Of a stretch of DNA of 64,000 nucleotides, positions 16,525-24,811 are shown piece after piece. Under the pieces are notes generated by a model that was not told the DNA's origin, did not search any database, and saw only the letters and a list, made by a program, of their open reading frames with translations. The first letter of the stretch is position 1; each line of letters opens with the position of its first letter. Location of the stretch: NCBI GenBank assembly GCA_947463095.1, contig CANHRE010000003.1, positions 12,073-76,072 on the forward strand, read 5' to 3'. This DNA comes from Flavobacteriales bacterium. GTDB lineage: Bacteria > Bacteroidota > Bacteroidia > NS11-12g > UBA955. A program made the position numbers and the translations under genes.

Positions 16525-19500
16525 TTATTCGTTGAGTTCTTCGGCGGGATTTTGGTGGTCTGAGGGTGGTGTCATCTGGTAATAACGCGCAAAATGGCAC
16601 CAGTCACATTCATTCTTGCCACATCCGGTGTCAAATTTAAAGGCTCGGATGGCAGCATCCGTTTCCACAATTTTGTCTTTTACCTGTTGCAGGTCTGAAG
16701 GGCTGATGATCACGTGTTCTATAGGACTTATTCCTTTATCATTCTGTTCCACAAAATCAATGGCCAGACCGTTAACCGGATGGTTGAAATTGGGGTCTGA
16801 TTCGGCAAGAATCTGATAAAAAGCGAGTTGTAGCCAGTATTCGCCCCATTTTTCCCACTCACCGCTGGTTTCATCCACACTCAATTCACGGAGTTTCTTC
16901 AGTCCGTTTTCTACTTTTCCGGTTTTGTAATCAATCAGAACAGCCTCATTGCCATTCAGCTCCACTTTGTCAATTTTACCCTTGATGGGCACCCCTTCGA
17001 TGCGGGCGTTGAGTGCAATTTCCTGACTGCCTTCTGCATGTTCATTGAAATGGGGCAGGCGCTGGCGGTAATAAACCGGCAGGATGTCTATACCCTGCTG
17101 CATGCGGCGCTGAAAAGCGGCTTCGGTGAATCCGTCGCGGTATCTGGCCATACTCCTGCGGAACAGGGAAATAAGTTGCTCTTCTTCAGGGAAGCTTCCG
17201 TTTTCCTGGCGAATGCGGAATACCTGAGTTAACGTATCGTGAACGGCCGATCCAAAGCTGGCGTATTCACTTTTGGCCTGCGGGATGCGGATCAGGTTGT
17301 TGAAGTAGAAGCGTATCGGGCAGTCCAGATAGCTTTGCATGGCGGTGGGCGAAAGTTCAAATTTGTCCACCAGCTCACGCAGATATGCTTCGGGCGGCAT
17401 GGGCACGCTGACTGCTCCCGCCAGTCCCAGAGCTTCGGCTTCGGAATGCATTACGCGTTCTGGCGCTGCGGCAGCTTCAGTGGCTTTGGCGGTTTGGCTG
17501 TTGGCAAGCACCTGCGTAAATGAAGAGGGTGTGAGTGATTTACCCTTCAGGCTGATGCTTCTCCAGGAAATATGCAGGCTTTTCTTTGCACGGGTGATGC
17601 CTACATAGAACAGACGACGCATTTCTTCATCGTCTGAGTCGCTCAGGTTTTCAATATTCACCAGCACTTCGCCCAGTCGGAAGGGCATTTTGAGCGGACC
17701 TGCTTTTTCCCATTCTTCGTAGTTGGCACCGATGATGAACACATGTTCCCATTCCAGGCCCTTGCTGCTGTGTGCGGTGCTGAACACCACCCCTTCGCCA
17801 GTGCCGGCACGCTGCTCCACATCCACCCTGATGCCCAGCGTCTGCCTTCGGGAAATACGGTCCAGCAAACGTCCCAGTGTGAGGCTGGGAAACAGGGCGT
17901 TTTCTTCCTTCACCAGGTTGTGGAAGCTGTGCAGCACCTCCACCTGAAAGGCGGGGTCATCGCTTTGCATGGCCTTACGCAAAAATCCGGCCTTGGCAAT
18001 CACCTTCTCCAGCAGCACCGGAACGGTCCAGTCGGAGGCATGTCCCAGCCAATATTCAATATCCCCGTGAAGTCGGCGCAGTTCGTTTAGTTCCTCGGCA
18101 GTAAGAAATGCTGCATGCCCTTCACCCGTGCAAATATCGGCTAGGGCTAAACGCCAGCTTTTCTTGCTCTTATAAATATGCGACGACAGCGCGGCCACGC
18201 TGAGCGGTCGTATTTGGTACAAGCCATAGTGCAACAGCCGGTAAAGGCTGTGTTGACCGGAATGAGCCTGTTCCAGTTCCGCGTTCAGATAAGCGCAAAA
18301 GTCCAACAACTGCGCGATGAATGGATCCTCCAGGATGTTTAATGGCTTGCGCGTGTTGAACGGTAGTTTTCGGATGCGAAACTCACGCAATAGTGATTCC
18401 GCCTGCGCATGCTTCCGGTATAAAACGGCTATTTCCGTTGGATTGATACCCTTTTTTATCAGCCCTTCTATTTGGTCGGCAACCCAGATGGCTTCGTGTA
18501 TTTCGTTAGGAAGCTGCACCAAAACCGGTTGTTCCGGAAGCGCGGCATGGATGCCCCTTGCTTTTAATTCTTTGCTGAGGCCTGGAACCTGATTGACCAG
18601 GCGCATCTTGTTCAGGCTGATCAGTGCCTGCGCGGCATTGAGCAATGATTGGCTGCTGCGGTAGTTTTCTTCTAGTACCACCGTTTTAAGGTGCTCCTGA
18701 TATCGTTCGGCGAAGTCAAGCACGTTTTCCACGTTGGCGCCCTGGAAGCGATAAATGCTCTGGTCGTCGTCGCCAACTACAAACACGTTTGGATTGTCCC
18801 AATGTCCTGTGAGCAGGCGCAAAACCTGGTTTTGAATGCCACTGGTATCCTGATATTCATCCACCAGGATATACAGGAATTGCTCCTGATAGCGCGCCAG
18901 CAGGGATTCATTCACGGAAAAATGCTGCACCACCCAGCGCTGCATGTCTTCATATTCGTAAAGACCACGTTCGTTCTTTACCTTGTTGTAGGTGTCGAAC
19001 AGCGCAGCACCGGCCTGAAGTTTGGCGAGCGCTTTGCGCAGCGGGTCGGCCTTACGGTCGTTGATTTCTCCTGTTTTCTTATAAAGGTATTGTTCGTTGT
19101 GAGGCAGCTGCTGCAAGTAATTGGCCGCTTTCATCTGAATGTCGCTGCTGCTCAGGTTTTCCTTTTGCATGATCGAAAACAGATCTTTCAGGTCCTTTCG
19201 GGTGCGTGCTGCATCTTCATTATAGGTTTTGAGCACATGCTCTGCTGCAAGTCCGTGCAGCAACTCAATAAGCAGCTCCTCACGCTCCAGATCATCCATA
19301 ACCTTCAGTGCACTGCGCCCGAAGACTTCAGGGTTTTCCATGATTACCCTGTTGCAAAAGGCATGGAAGGTGTGGATGTTCACCCGGTATGCTTCCTGCC
19401 CCATAAACTCTGTGAGGCGACGCTTCATAGCCACCGCGCCTGCATCGGTATAGGTGAGGCATAAAATGTCTTGAGGGCGGGCATCGGTGAGCGTAAGGAT

Positions 19501-19638
19501 GTTGGCAATGCGCGATGCAAGGATTTGGGTTTTGCCCGTGCCTGGACCGGCAATCACCATTACAGGACCTTCAATGGCTTCAACCGCCTGAAGCTGTGCC
19601 TGGTTTAAACTACGTAAAAAGGATAAAGTTTCCGACAT
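16525..19638 (-). CDS. UvrD/PcrA-type SF1 DNA helicase fused to a C-terminal PD-(D/E)XK (Cas4/AddB-like, 4-Cys) nuclease domain
   Basis: Helicase motifs AGPGTGKT, LVDEYQDT, VGDDDQSIYRFQGA, ENYRS, AHSSKGLEWEHVF and YVGITRAKKSL. C-terminal YLDCP...GKIDKVE...LIDYKTGK...QLAFYQ...CGKNECDWCHF. Confidence 0.85.
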   Translation of the reverse strand: MSETLSFLRSLNQAQLQAVEAIEGPVMVIAGPGTGKTQILASRIANILTLTDARPQDILCLTYTDAGAVAMKRRLTEFMGQEAYRVNIHTFHAFCNRVIMENPEVFGRSALKVMDDLEREELLIELLHGLAAEHVLKTYNEDAARTRKDLKDLFSIMQKENLSSSDIQMKAANYLQQLPHNEQYLYKKTGEINDRKADPLRKALAKLQAGAALFDTYNKVKNERGLYEYEDMQRWVVQHFSVNESLLARYQEQFLYILVDEYQDTSGIQNQVLRLLTGHWDNPNVFVVGDDDQSIYRFQGANVENVLDFAERYQEHLKTVVLEENYRSSQSLLNAAQALISLNKMRLVNQVPGLSKELKARGIHAALPEQPVLVQLPNEIHEAIWVADQIEGLIKKGINPTEIAVLYRKHAQAESLLREFRIRKLPFNTRKPLNILEDPFIAQLLDFCAYLNAELEQAHSGQHSLYRLLHYGLYQIRPLSVAALSSHIYKSKKSWRLALADICTGEGHAAFLTAEELNELRRLHGDIEYWLGHASDWTVPVLLEKVIAKAGFLRKAMQSDDPAFQVEVLHSFHNLVKEENALFPSLTLGRLLDRISRRQTLGIRVDVEQRAGTGEGVVFSTAHSSKGLEWEHVFIIGANYEEWEKAGPLKMPFRLGEVLVNIENLSDSDDEEMRRLFYVGITRAKKSLHISWRSISLKGKSLTPSSFTQVLANSQTAKATEAAAAPERVMHSEAEALGLAGAVSVPMPPEAYLRELVDKFELSPTAMQSYLDCPIRFYFNNLIRIPQAKSEYASFGSAVHDTLTQVFRIRQENGSFPEEEQLISLFRRSMARYRDGFTEAAFQRRMQQGIDILPVYYRQRLPHFNEHAEGSQEIALNARIEGVPIKGKIDKVELNGNEAVLIDYKTGKVENGLKKLRELSVDETSGEWEKWGEYWLQLAFYQILAESDPNFNHPVNGLAIDFVEQNDKGISPIEHVIISPSDLQQVKDKIVETDAAIRAFKFDTGCGKNECDWCHFARYYQMTPPSDHQNPAEELNE

Positions 19639-19651
19639 GATACAAAAACAA

Positions 19652-19659
19652 CAAAATTA
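19652..19659 (-). promoter_or_regulatory. Bacteroidota -7 box TAATTTTG upstream of the helicase-nuclease gene
   Basis: The reverse complement of CAAAATTA matches TAnnTTTG, 13 nt upstream of ATG 19638. Confidence 0.4.
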
Positions 19660-19730
19660 ACTACCTGGAAAAGCAGCGCGGGATATTGTTTTCAACGCTT
19701 ATTAGCAATGTGGTATATTTCGTTCATGGT

Positions 19731-19738
19731 TACCTTTG
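19731..19738 (+). promoter_or_regulatory. Bacteroidota -7 box TACCTTTG, 4 nt upstream of ATG 19743
   Basis: Exact TAnnTTTG match. The spacing implies a leaderless or near-leaderless transcript. Confidence 0.45.
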
Positions 19739-19742
19739 TTCT

Positions 19743-20066
19743 ATGACCATTCAGGAAGCGCAGCGTCTGGTAGATCAATGGATCAACACCGTTGGTGTAC
19801 GTTATTTTAATGAATTGACCAACACCGCCATTTTAATGGAAGAAGTGGGCGAACTGGCGCGACTGATGGCCCGAACCTATGGAGAACAAAGCTTCAAGGA
19901 AGGCGAAACAGCAAACCTGGCCGATGAAATGGCCGATGTGTTGTGGGTGCTGATCTGTCTGGCCAATCAAACCGGAGTAAATCTGGAACAGGCGCTTCAG
20001 GCAAATTTTGATAAGAAGAACCAGCGCGATGCACACCGGCATCTCGATAATGAAAAGTTGCGCTAA
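19743..20066 (+). CDS. Small MazG-type nucleotide pyrophosphohydrolase-domain protein
   Basis: EEVGELARL...ADEMADVLWVLICLAN is the EExxE...D helix pattern of single-domain MazG proteins. Start moved to ATG 19743 (MTIQEAQRL). Confidence 0.75.
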   Translation: MTIQEAQRLVDQWINTVGVRYFNELTNTAILMEEVGELARLMARTYGEQSFKEGETANLADEMADVLWVLICLANQTGVNLEQALQANFDKKNQRDAHRHLDNEKLR

Positions 20067-20164
20067 ACCTGCTGAAATAAGTCAAAATGGCGCAATTGTA
20101 TTTCATTTGAAGTTAATTAGTGTCATAATGTCTTATAATCACTGTTGGAATTGAACTTGTAATC

Positions 20165-20608
20165 ATGGGGCATCAAACAAAGCAAACCATGATGATTAAG
20201 AAAACAATTCCCGCCATGATGGATGTGTTTCATCCTTTCTTTAACATGAACCTGATGCCCGAAGCAGAAAAATCCACTCCAGCAGATTTCAGGCCCGCGG
20301 CCTCGGTAATCAATGGGGAACAGGGTGTAACTCTACTGATTTCGCTTCCCGGACTAAGCAGGGAAGAGGTTCAGGTAAACCTGGACGGAAATATGCTGCG
20401 CGTTAGTGGAGTCCGTAAAAACCCGGTGGCTGCTGACAATAAGGACAAGCTTTCGGGTGAAATCTATTTTGGCAGCTTTAACCGCAGTTTTCAGCTTGCC
20501 GAAAACCTGGACACCGAGGCCATCAATGCCCAGATGGAACACGGCATGCTGCGCGTACACATCCCATTGAAATCACAAACTATACCCAAGCAGATTATCA
20601 TCGGGTAA
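20165..20608 (+). CDS. Hsp20/alpha-crystallin family small heat-shock protein
   Basis: Alpha-crystallin core LLISLPGLSREEVQVNLDGNMLRVSG...FNRSFQLAENLD...AQMEHGMLRVHIP. The start could also be one of the internal Met codons 8-9 residues in. Confidence 0.8.
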   Translation: MGHQTKQTMMIKKTIPAMMDVFHPFFNMNLMPEAEKSTPADFRPAASVINGEQGVTLLISLPGLSREEVQVNLDGNMLRVSGVRKNPVAADNKDKLSGEIYFGSFNRSFQLAENLDTEAINAQMEHGMLRVHIPLKSQTIPKQIIIG

Positions 20609-20625
20609 TGATGTGACATCTAATG

Positions 20626-20656
20626 AAAAAAAGCCGTCAACCGACGGCTTTTTTTG
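20626..20656. terminator. Rho-independent terminator after hsp20
   Basis: AAAAAAAGCCGTC-AACC-GACGGCTTTTTTT: 7-bp stem, 4-nt loop and a U-tract, with an A-tract on the other side. Confidence 0.8.
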
Positions 20657-20772
20657 TGCATGCAGGGCATTTGTATGTTGGTTAAATATACCTTTTAATA
20701 TAGGTTGAAGCCATTTTCATGTAATTAAAACACCATATCGAATCATAAATTGACAAGGCCTCTAATCGAATG

Positions 20773-20780
20773 TAACTTTG
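20773..20780 (+). promoter_or_regulatory. Bacteroidota -7 box TAACTTTG upstream of the GNAT-like gene
   Basis: Exact TAnnTTTG match, 27 nt upstream of ATG 20808. The track's TTG start at 20778 lies inside this box and is therefore rejected. Confidence 0.45.
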
Positions 20781-20807
20781 CGGCATCACTTATCAGGGTT
20801 TCGGTTC

Positions 20808-21929
20808 ATGAATATTGAAGTTGTCCCCGTATCCAAGTCTTCCGATATCAGGAAATTCATTGATTTCCCGTTCAGCCTTTACCGGAGCAACCGTTTTTGG
20901 GTTCCTCCGCTTAAAAAGGCCGAGACAGATATTCTGCAACCCCATAAAAACCCTGCCTGGGAACACTGCGATGCACAGTTCTGGATTGCCTTGAAAAATG
21001 GCAAGACCGCCGGCAGGATTGGCGCCATCATCAACCGACTGCACAATGAAAAAACAGGCGAGCAGCTATGTCGTTTTACCCGCATGGAATTTATTGATGA
21101 TCCGGATGTGTCGGCTGCCTTGATGGAAACTGCGGTACATTGGGCAAAAAAGCGCGGCATGAATGGAGTTCACGGTCCGCTTGGGTTCACTAATCTGGAT
21201 AGTCAGGGTATGCTGATTGAAGGCTTTGACCATCTGCCGTCCATCGCTTCCGTATACCACATGCCCTACTACCAAAAGCATTTGGATGCACTGGGCTTTG
21301 AGAAGGAAATTGACTGGCTGGAATTTCGTTTGTTCGTGCCCCGGGAAATCACCGATAAGGTGAAAAAAATCAACGAACTCACCAAGGCGAGGTACGGATT
21401 TACGGTGAAAACCTTCACCCGTATAGCCGATGTGCTGCCTTACGGCCGTCGTATGTTCGCGGTGTTGAACCGCGCCTTTGAAGACCTGTTTAGTGTAGTG
21501 CCTTTTGAAGAAAACCTGATGGACTTCTACATCAAGAAGTACATTTCACTCTTGAATCCCAATTTCATCAAACTGGTGTTTGACAAGGATAATCAGCTTG
21601 CCGGTTTTATCATCGGAGTGCCCTCACTGTCTCAGGCCATGCAGAAAGCCAATGGAAGCCTGCTGCCATTTGGCTGGTACCACATCAGCCAGGCTTTGAA
21701 GAAGCCTAAAGAGGCAGACTTATTTCTCACTGCCGTTGACCCTCAGTACCAGGGCGGTGGCCTTACGGCCATGCTCATCCTGGAGCTGCAGCAAACATTC
21801 ATAAAATACGGAATATCTGATGTAGAAACCACCGGTATGATTGAAACCAACCAGAAGGCCATTCAAAACTGGAAGAATTTCGATCATATACAACATAAAC
21901 GCAAACGCTGCTACCGGCGCATGTTCTAA
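20808..21929 (+). CDS. Hypothetical protein, probable GNAT-fold N-acetyltransferase family
   Basis: About 373 aa starting MNIEVVPV. Includes a region RIGAIINRLHN...AALMETAVHWAKKRGMNGVHGPLGF resembling an acetyl-CoA-binding GNAT core. Family assignment is from memory only. Confidence 0.5.
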   Translation: MNIEVVPVSKSSDIRKFIDFPFSLYRSNRFWVPPLKKAETDILQPHKNPAWEHCDAQFWIALKNGKTAGRIGAIINRLHNEKTGEQLCRFTRMEFIDDPDVSAALMETAVHWAKKRGMNGVHGPLGFTNLDSQGMLIEGFDHLPSIASVYHMPYYQKHLDALGFEKEIDWLEFRLFVPREITDKVKKINELTKARYGFTVKTFTRIADVLPYGRRMFAVLNRAFEDLFSVVPFEENLMDFYIKKYISLLNPNFIKLVFDKDNQLAGFIIGVPSLSQAMQKANGSLLPFGWYHISQALKKPKEADLFLTAVDPQYQGGGLTAMLILELQQTFIKYGISDVETTGMIETNQKAIQNWKNFDHIQHKRKRCYRRMF

Positions 21930-21940
21930 AGGGCGCGGCG

Positions 21941-21948
21941 TAACTTTG
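21941..21948 (+). promoter_or_regulatory. Bacteroidota -7 box TAACTTTG, 4 nt upstream of the hisS ATG
   Basis: Exact TAnnTTTG match. TAACTTTG-CCGC-ATG. Confidence 0.45.
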
Positions 21949-21952
21949 CCGC

Positions 21953-23305
21953 ATGGATAAACCGTCGCTGCCTTCAGGTACCCGCGATTTCGCCCCGGCC
22001 GTCATGGCACGCAGGCGTTTTATAACAGGATCAATTGAACAGATTTACCGACTCCATGGCTTTGCCCAGCTGGAAACGCCTGCCATGGAAAATCTGTCGG
22101 TGCTGCTTGGTAAATACGGCGATGAGGGCGACAAGCTGGTGTTCCGCATCCTAAACAGCGGCGATTTCCTGTCCGACCTTCCTGAACCTCAACGCGCTGC
22201 GCCGGAGGCTAAAAGCTGGCTGCCCTTTGTGGCAGGTAAAGGTTTGCGCTACGACCTCACCGTGCCCTTCGCCCGATTTGTGGCCATGAACAGGCACCTC
22301 CTGCATTTCCCCTTCCGCCGCTACCAAATCCAGCCGGTATGGCGCGCCGACCGACCACAAAAAGGACGATACCGCGAATTCTGGCAGTGCGATGCCGATG
22401 TGATTGGTACGCGAAGCCTGATGGCCGAAGCGGATTTGTTGCTCATCATGCACGAGGCCTTTACCGCCCTTGGATTACCCGATTACCAAATCAGGGTGAG
22501 CAACCGCCTTATCCTGGAAGCCATTGCCCTTTATGCCGGTCGCCCGGAATTGTTCAGGTCCATGGTGGTGGCCATCGACAAATGGGATAAAATAGGCGCC
22601 GATGGGGTACAGCGAGAACTGGGCCTCGCAGGTTTTTCTGAACAAGAAAGCAGGAAGGTGCTGGACTGTATGCAGCGTTTGCCTTTGGACGAAGCAGCCA
22701 TTGTGCGACTGGAGCAGCTGCTTCAGGCATATCCTCAGGCCAAACAGGGTCTGGATGCGCTGCGCACCATACTGCTCAGTGGCCTCCGCGCCAACCTGGT
22801 GCTGGATACCGCCCTGGCCCGAGGTCTGGATTATTACACCGGTTGCATCTTTGAAGCAGAAATTCCGGGTTCCGGATTTGGCAGCGTGGCCAGCGGTGGC
22901 CGCTATGACGACCTAACCGGTGTTTTCGGCGTGAAAGACCTTTCCGGTGTAGGAATTTCCTTCGGCATCGATCGCTTGTATGATGTGCTGGAAAGCCGCT
23001 CTGCATTCCCCGCCGGCCTGGATATAAGCACCGAAGTACTACTTTGTCCTATGGATGATGCCTGCATGACGCAGTGTTTCGCCATCGCAATGGAACTTCG
23101 ACGCCTGGGTGCTTCTTCGGAAGTTTACCCTGATGCTGCTAAACTGCGTAAACAGCTCGATCACGCCAACCAACGCAATATTCCTTATGCCATCATTGTG
23201 GGAAGCGAGGAGATAAACACCGGCGTTTTCCCGCTGAAACACCTCGCCAAAGGCAGTCAGGAAATGCTTTCACTCCAAAACCTTTACAGCCGATTTCGCT
23301 CATGA
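21953..23305 (+). CDS. hisS: Histidine--tRNA ligase
   Basis: Class II aaRS/HisRS motifs: GTRDFAP, RYDLTVPFARF, FRRYQIQPVWRADRPQKGRYREFWQCDADVIG, GGRYDDL and an anticodon-binding C-terminus. Confidence 0.9.
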   Translation: MDKPSLPSGTRDFAPAVMARRRFITGSIEQIYRLHGFAQLETPAMENLSVLLGKYGDEGDKLVFRILNSGDFLSDLPEPQRAAPEAKSWLPFVAGKGLRYDLTVPFARFVAMNRHLLHFPFRRYQIQPVWRADRPQKGRYREFWQCDADVIGTRSLMAEADLLLIMHEAFTALGLPDYQIRVSNRLILEAIALYAGRPELFRSMVVAIDKWDKIGADGVQRELGLAGFSEQESRKVLDCMQRLPLDEAAIVRLEQLLQAYPQAKQGLDALRTILLSGLRANLVLDTALARGLDYYTGCIFEAEIPGSGFGSVASGGRYDDLTGVFGVKDLSGVGISFGIDRLYDVLESRSAFPAGLDISTEVLLCPMDDACMTQCFAIAMELRRLGASSEVYPDAAKLRKQLDHANQRNIPYAIIVGSEEINTGVFPLKHLAKGSQEMLSLQNLYSRFRS

Positions 23306-24762
23306 TACTTCCAGAACATCTGACTTTTGAAGACCTGAATAACCTGCTTGCAGATGAAAATCCTTTGGAGCTGAGTTCCGCTGCCTGGGATAAAGTTACC
23401 CGTTCTTTCCGCTTTCTCGAGGCGTATATGGCCCGCGCTGAACGACCTGTTTACGGGGTAAATACCGGCTTCGGATCCTTGTGCGAAGTGCAGATTTCTT
23501 CAGAAAACCTGGAAGAACTGCAGCGCAACCTGCTCATTACACATGCCGCCGGTACCGGTGCCCTGCTTCCTTACAAGCTGGTGCGCATGATGCTGTTACT
23601 GAAAATCCAATCGCTGAGCAAGGGTCATTCCGCGGTGAGTCCGGAACTGATGCAGGGCCTGTTGTGTTTGTATAATAACGGCTTTCTACCCTTGGTGCAT
23701 GAACAGGGTTCCCTGGGCGCTTCCGGCGATCTTGCACCCCTGTCAGAGCTGGTACTTCCGTTGATTGGCCTTGGAACCCTGGCAAACGAACAGGGTACGC
23801 GTATTGCTGCAGGACAATGGCTGAAAGAACAAGGAATGGAGCCCCACAGGTTACATCCTAAAGAGGCATTGGCGCTGATCAACGGCACACAGTTTATGCA
23901 GGCGCTTGGGGTATTTCAGTTGTTGGAAGCAGAGGCCCTGCTGAAGCAACTGCCCCGTATTGCAGCCCTGAGCGTTGAAGCCTTTATGGCCCGCCCTGAG
24001 CCATTTATGCCGCATCCGCATGCCATCCGTCCGCATCCCGGACAAATTAAGGCGGCAGCCGAAATCTACCACTACATGCAGGAAGCCGGAACCGCCAGCA
24101 GGCAAACACCCTATGTGCAGGACCCTTATTCCTTTCGTTGCATTCCTCAGGTGCACGGAGCCTCTATAGATGCCATCAGCCATGTGCGGGAAGTGTTTTT
24201 GCGCGAGGTGAACTCCGTAACCGATAACCCCAATGTGTTCCCCGATGAGGGCCTGGTGCTGTCTGCCGGTAACTTCCACGGTCAACCGCTGGCCCTGGCT
24301 GCCGATTACCTGGCAATGGCTATGGCCGAACTGGCCTCCATCAGCGAACGACGTACCTACCTGCTGATTTCCGGACAACGCGGACTGCCACCCTTCCTTG
24401 CCGATGATCCCGGCCTGGATTCCGGTTACATGATTGCACAATACACGGCTGCCGCCCTGGTAAGCCAAAACAAGCAGTATTGCACTCCCGCCTCAGTGGA
24501 CAGCATTGTAAGCAGCAATGGTCAGGAAGACCATGTGAGCATGGGCGCCAATGCCGCGGTGAAGGGCATGAAGGTTCTGGAGAATACCAAAACCGTACTT
24601 GCCGTAGAGTTTGCCAGCGCTTCCAGAGCCCTGCACCTGCGTAACAATGCCATTCTGGCTCCCGAACTCAGCCGTTGGATTCAGGAATGGACACAGGTAA
24701 ACCACCGCGAAATGCCCATGAACCTCATTATGGAACAAGCCCGCAACTTTCTGTTTCCATAA
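23302..24762 (+). CDS. hutH: Histidine ammonia-lyase-type (MIO-dependent aromatic amino-acid lyase) enzyme
   Basis: MIO-forming GSLGASGDLAPLS motif. ITHAAG (Thr-His) sits at the substrate-selectivity position, where HAL has Ser-His. NDN-type VTDNPNV motif. The start overlaps the hisS stop (ATGA). Confidence 0.75.
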   Translation: MILPEHLTFEDLNNLLADENPLELSSAAWDKVTRSFRFLEAYMARAERPVYGVNTGFGSLCEVQISSENLEELQRNLLITHAAGTGALLPYKLVRMMLLLKIQSLSKGHSAVSPELMQGLLCLYNNGFLPLVHEQGSLGASGDLAPLSELVLPLIGLGTLANEQGTRIAAGQWLKEQGMEPHRLHPKEALALINGTQFMQALGVFQLLEAEALLKQLPRIAALSVEAFMARPEPFMPHPHAIRPHPGQIKAAAEIYHYMQEAGTASRQTPYVQDPYSFRCIPQVHGASIDAISHVREVFLREVNSVTDNPNVFPDEGLVLSAGNFHGQPLALAADYLAMAMAELASISERRTYLLISGQRGLPPFLADDPGLDSGYMIAQYTAAALVSQNKQYCTPASVDSIVSSNGQEDHVSMGANAAVKGMKVLENTKTVLAVEFASASRALHLRNNAILAPELSRWIQEWTQVNHREMPMNLIMEQARNFLFP

Positions 24763-24811
24763 ACCGCATCGCCCATCACAAAATGCCTCCGGGGTGGTGT
24801 AAATTGCGGGC

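Noticed and set aside
16525-19638. The helicase-nuclease as an anti-phage defence system (Gabija/Hachiman/Nhi-like)
   Set aside because: There is no accompanying defence-type partner such as an ATPase, a HamA-like protein or a methylase. The flanks are housekeeping genes with no mobile-element hallmarks or obvious compositional break. The motif set fits a DNA-repair AddA/UvrD-type enzyme better.
19743-20066. Two MazG-family genes (19743..20066 and 46751..47542) as phage-derived or mazEF-linked elements
   Set aside because: No mazE/mazF or phage genes are nearby. One is the canonical tandem-domain housekeeping MazG and the other a common single-domain paralog, and both sit in core-gene contexts.
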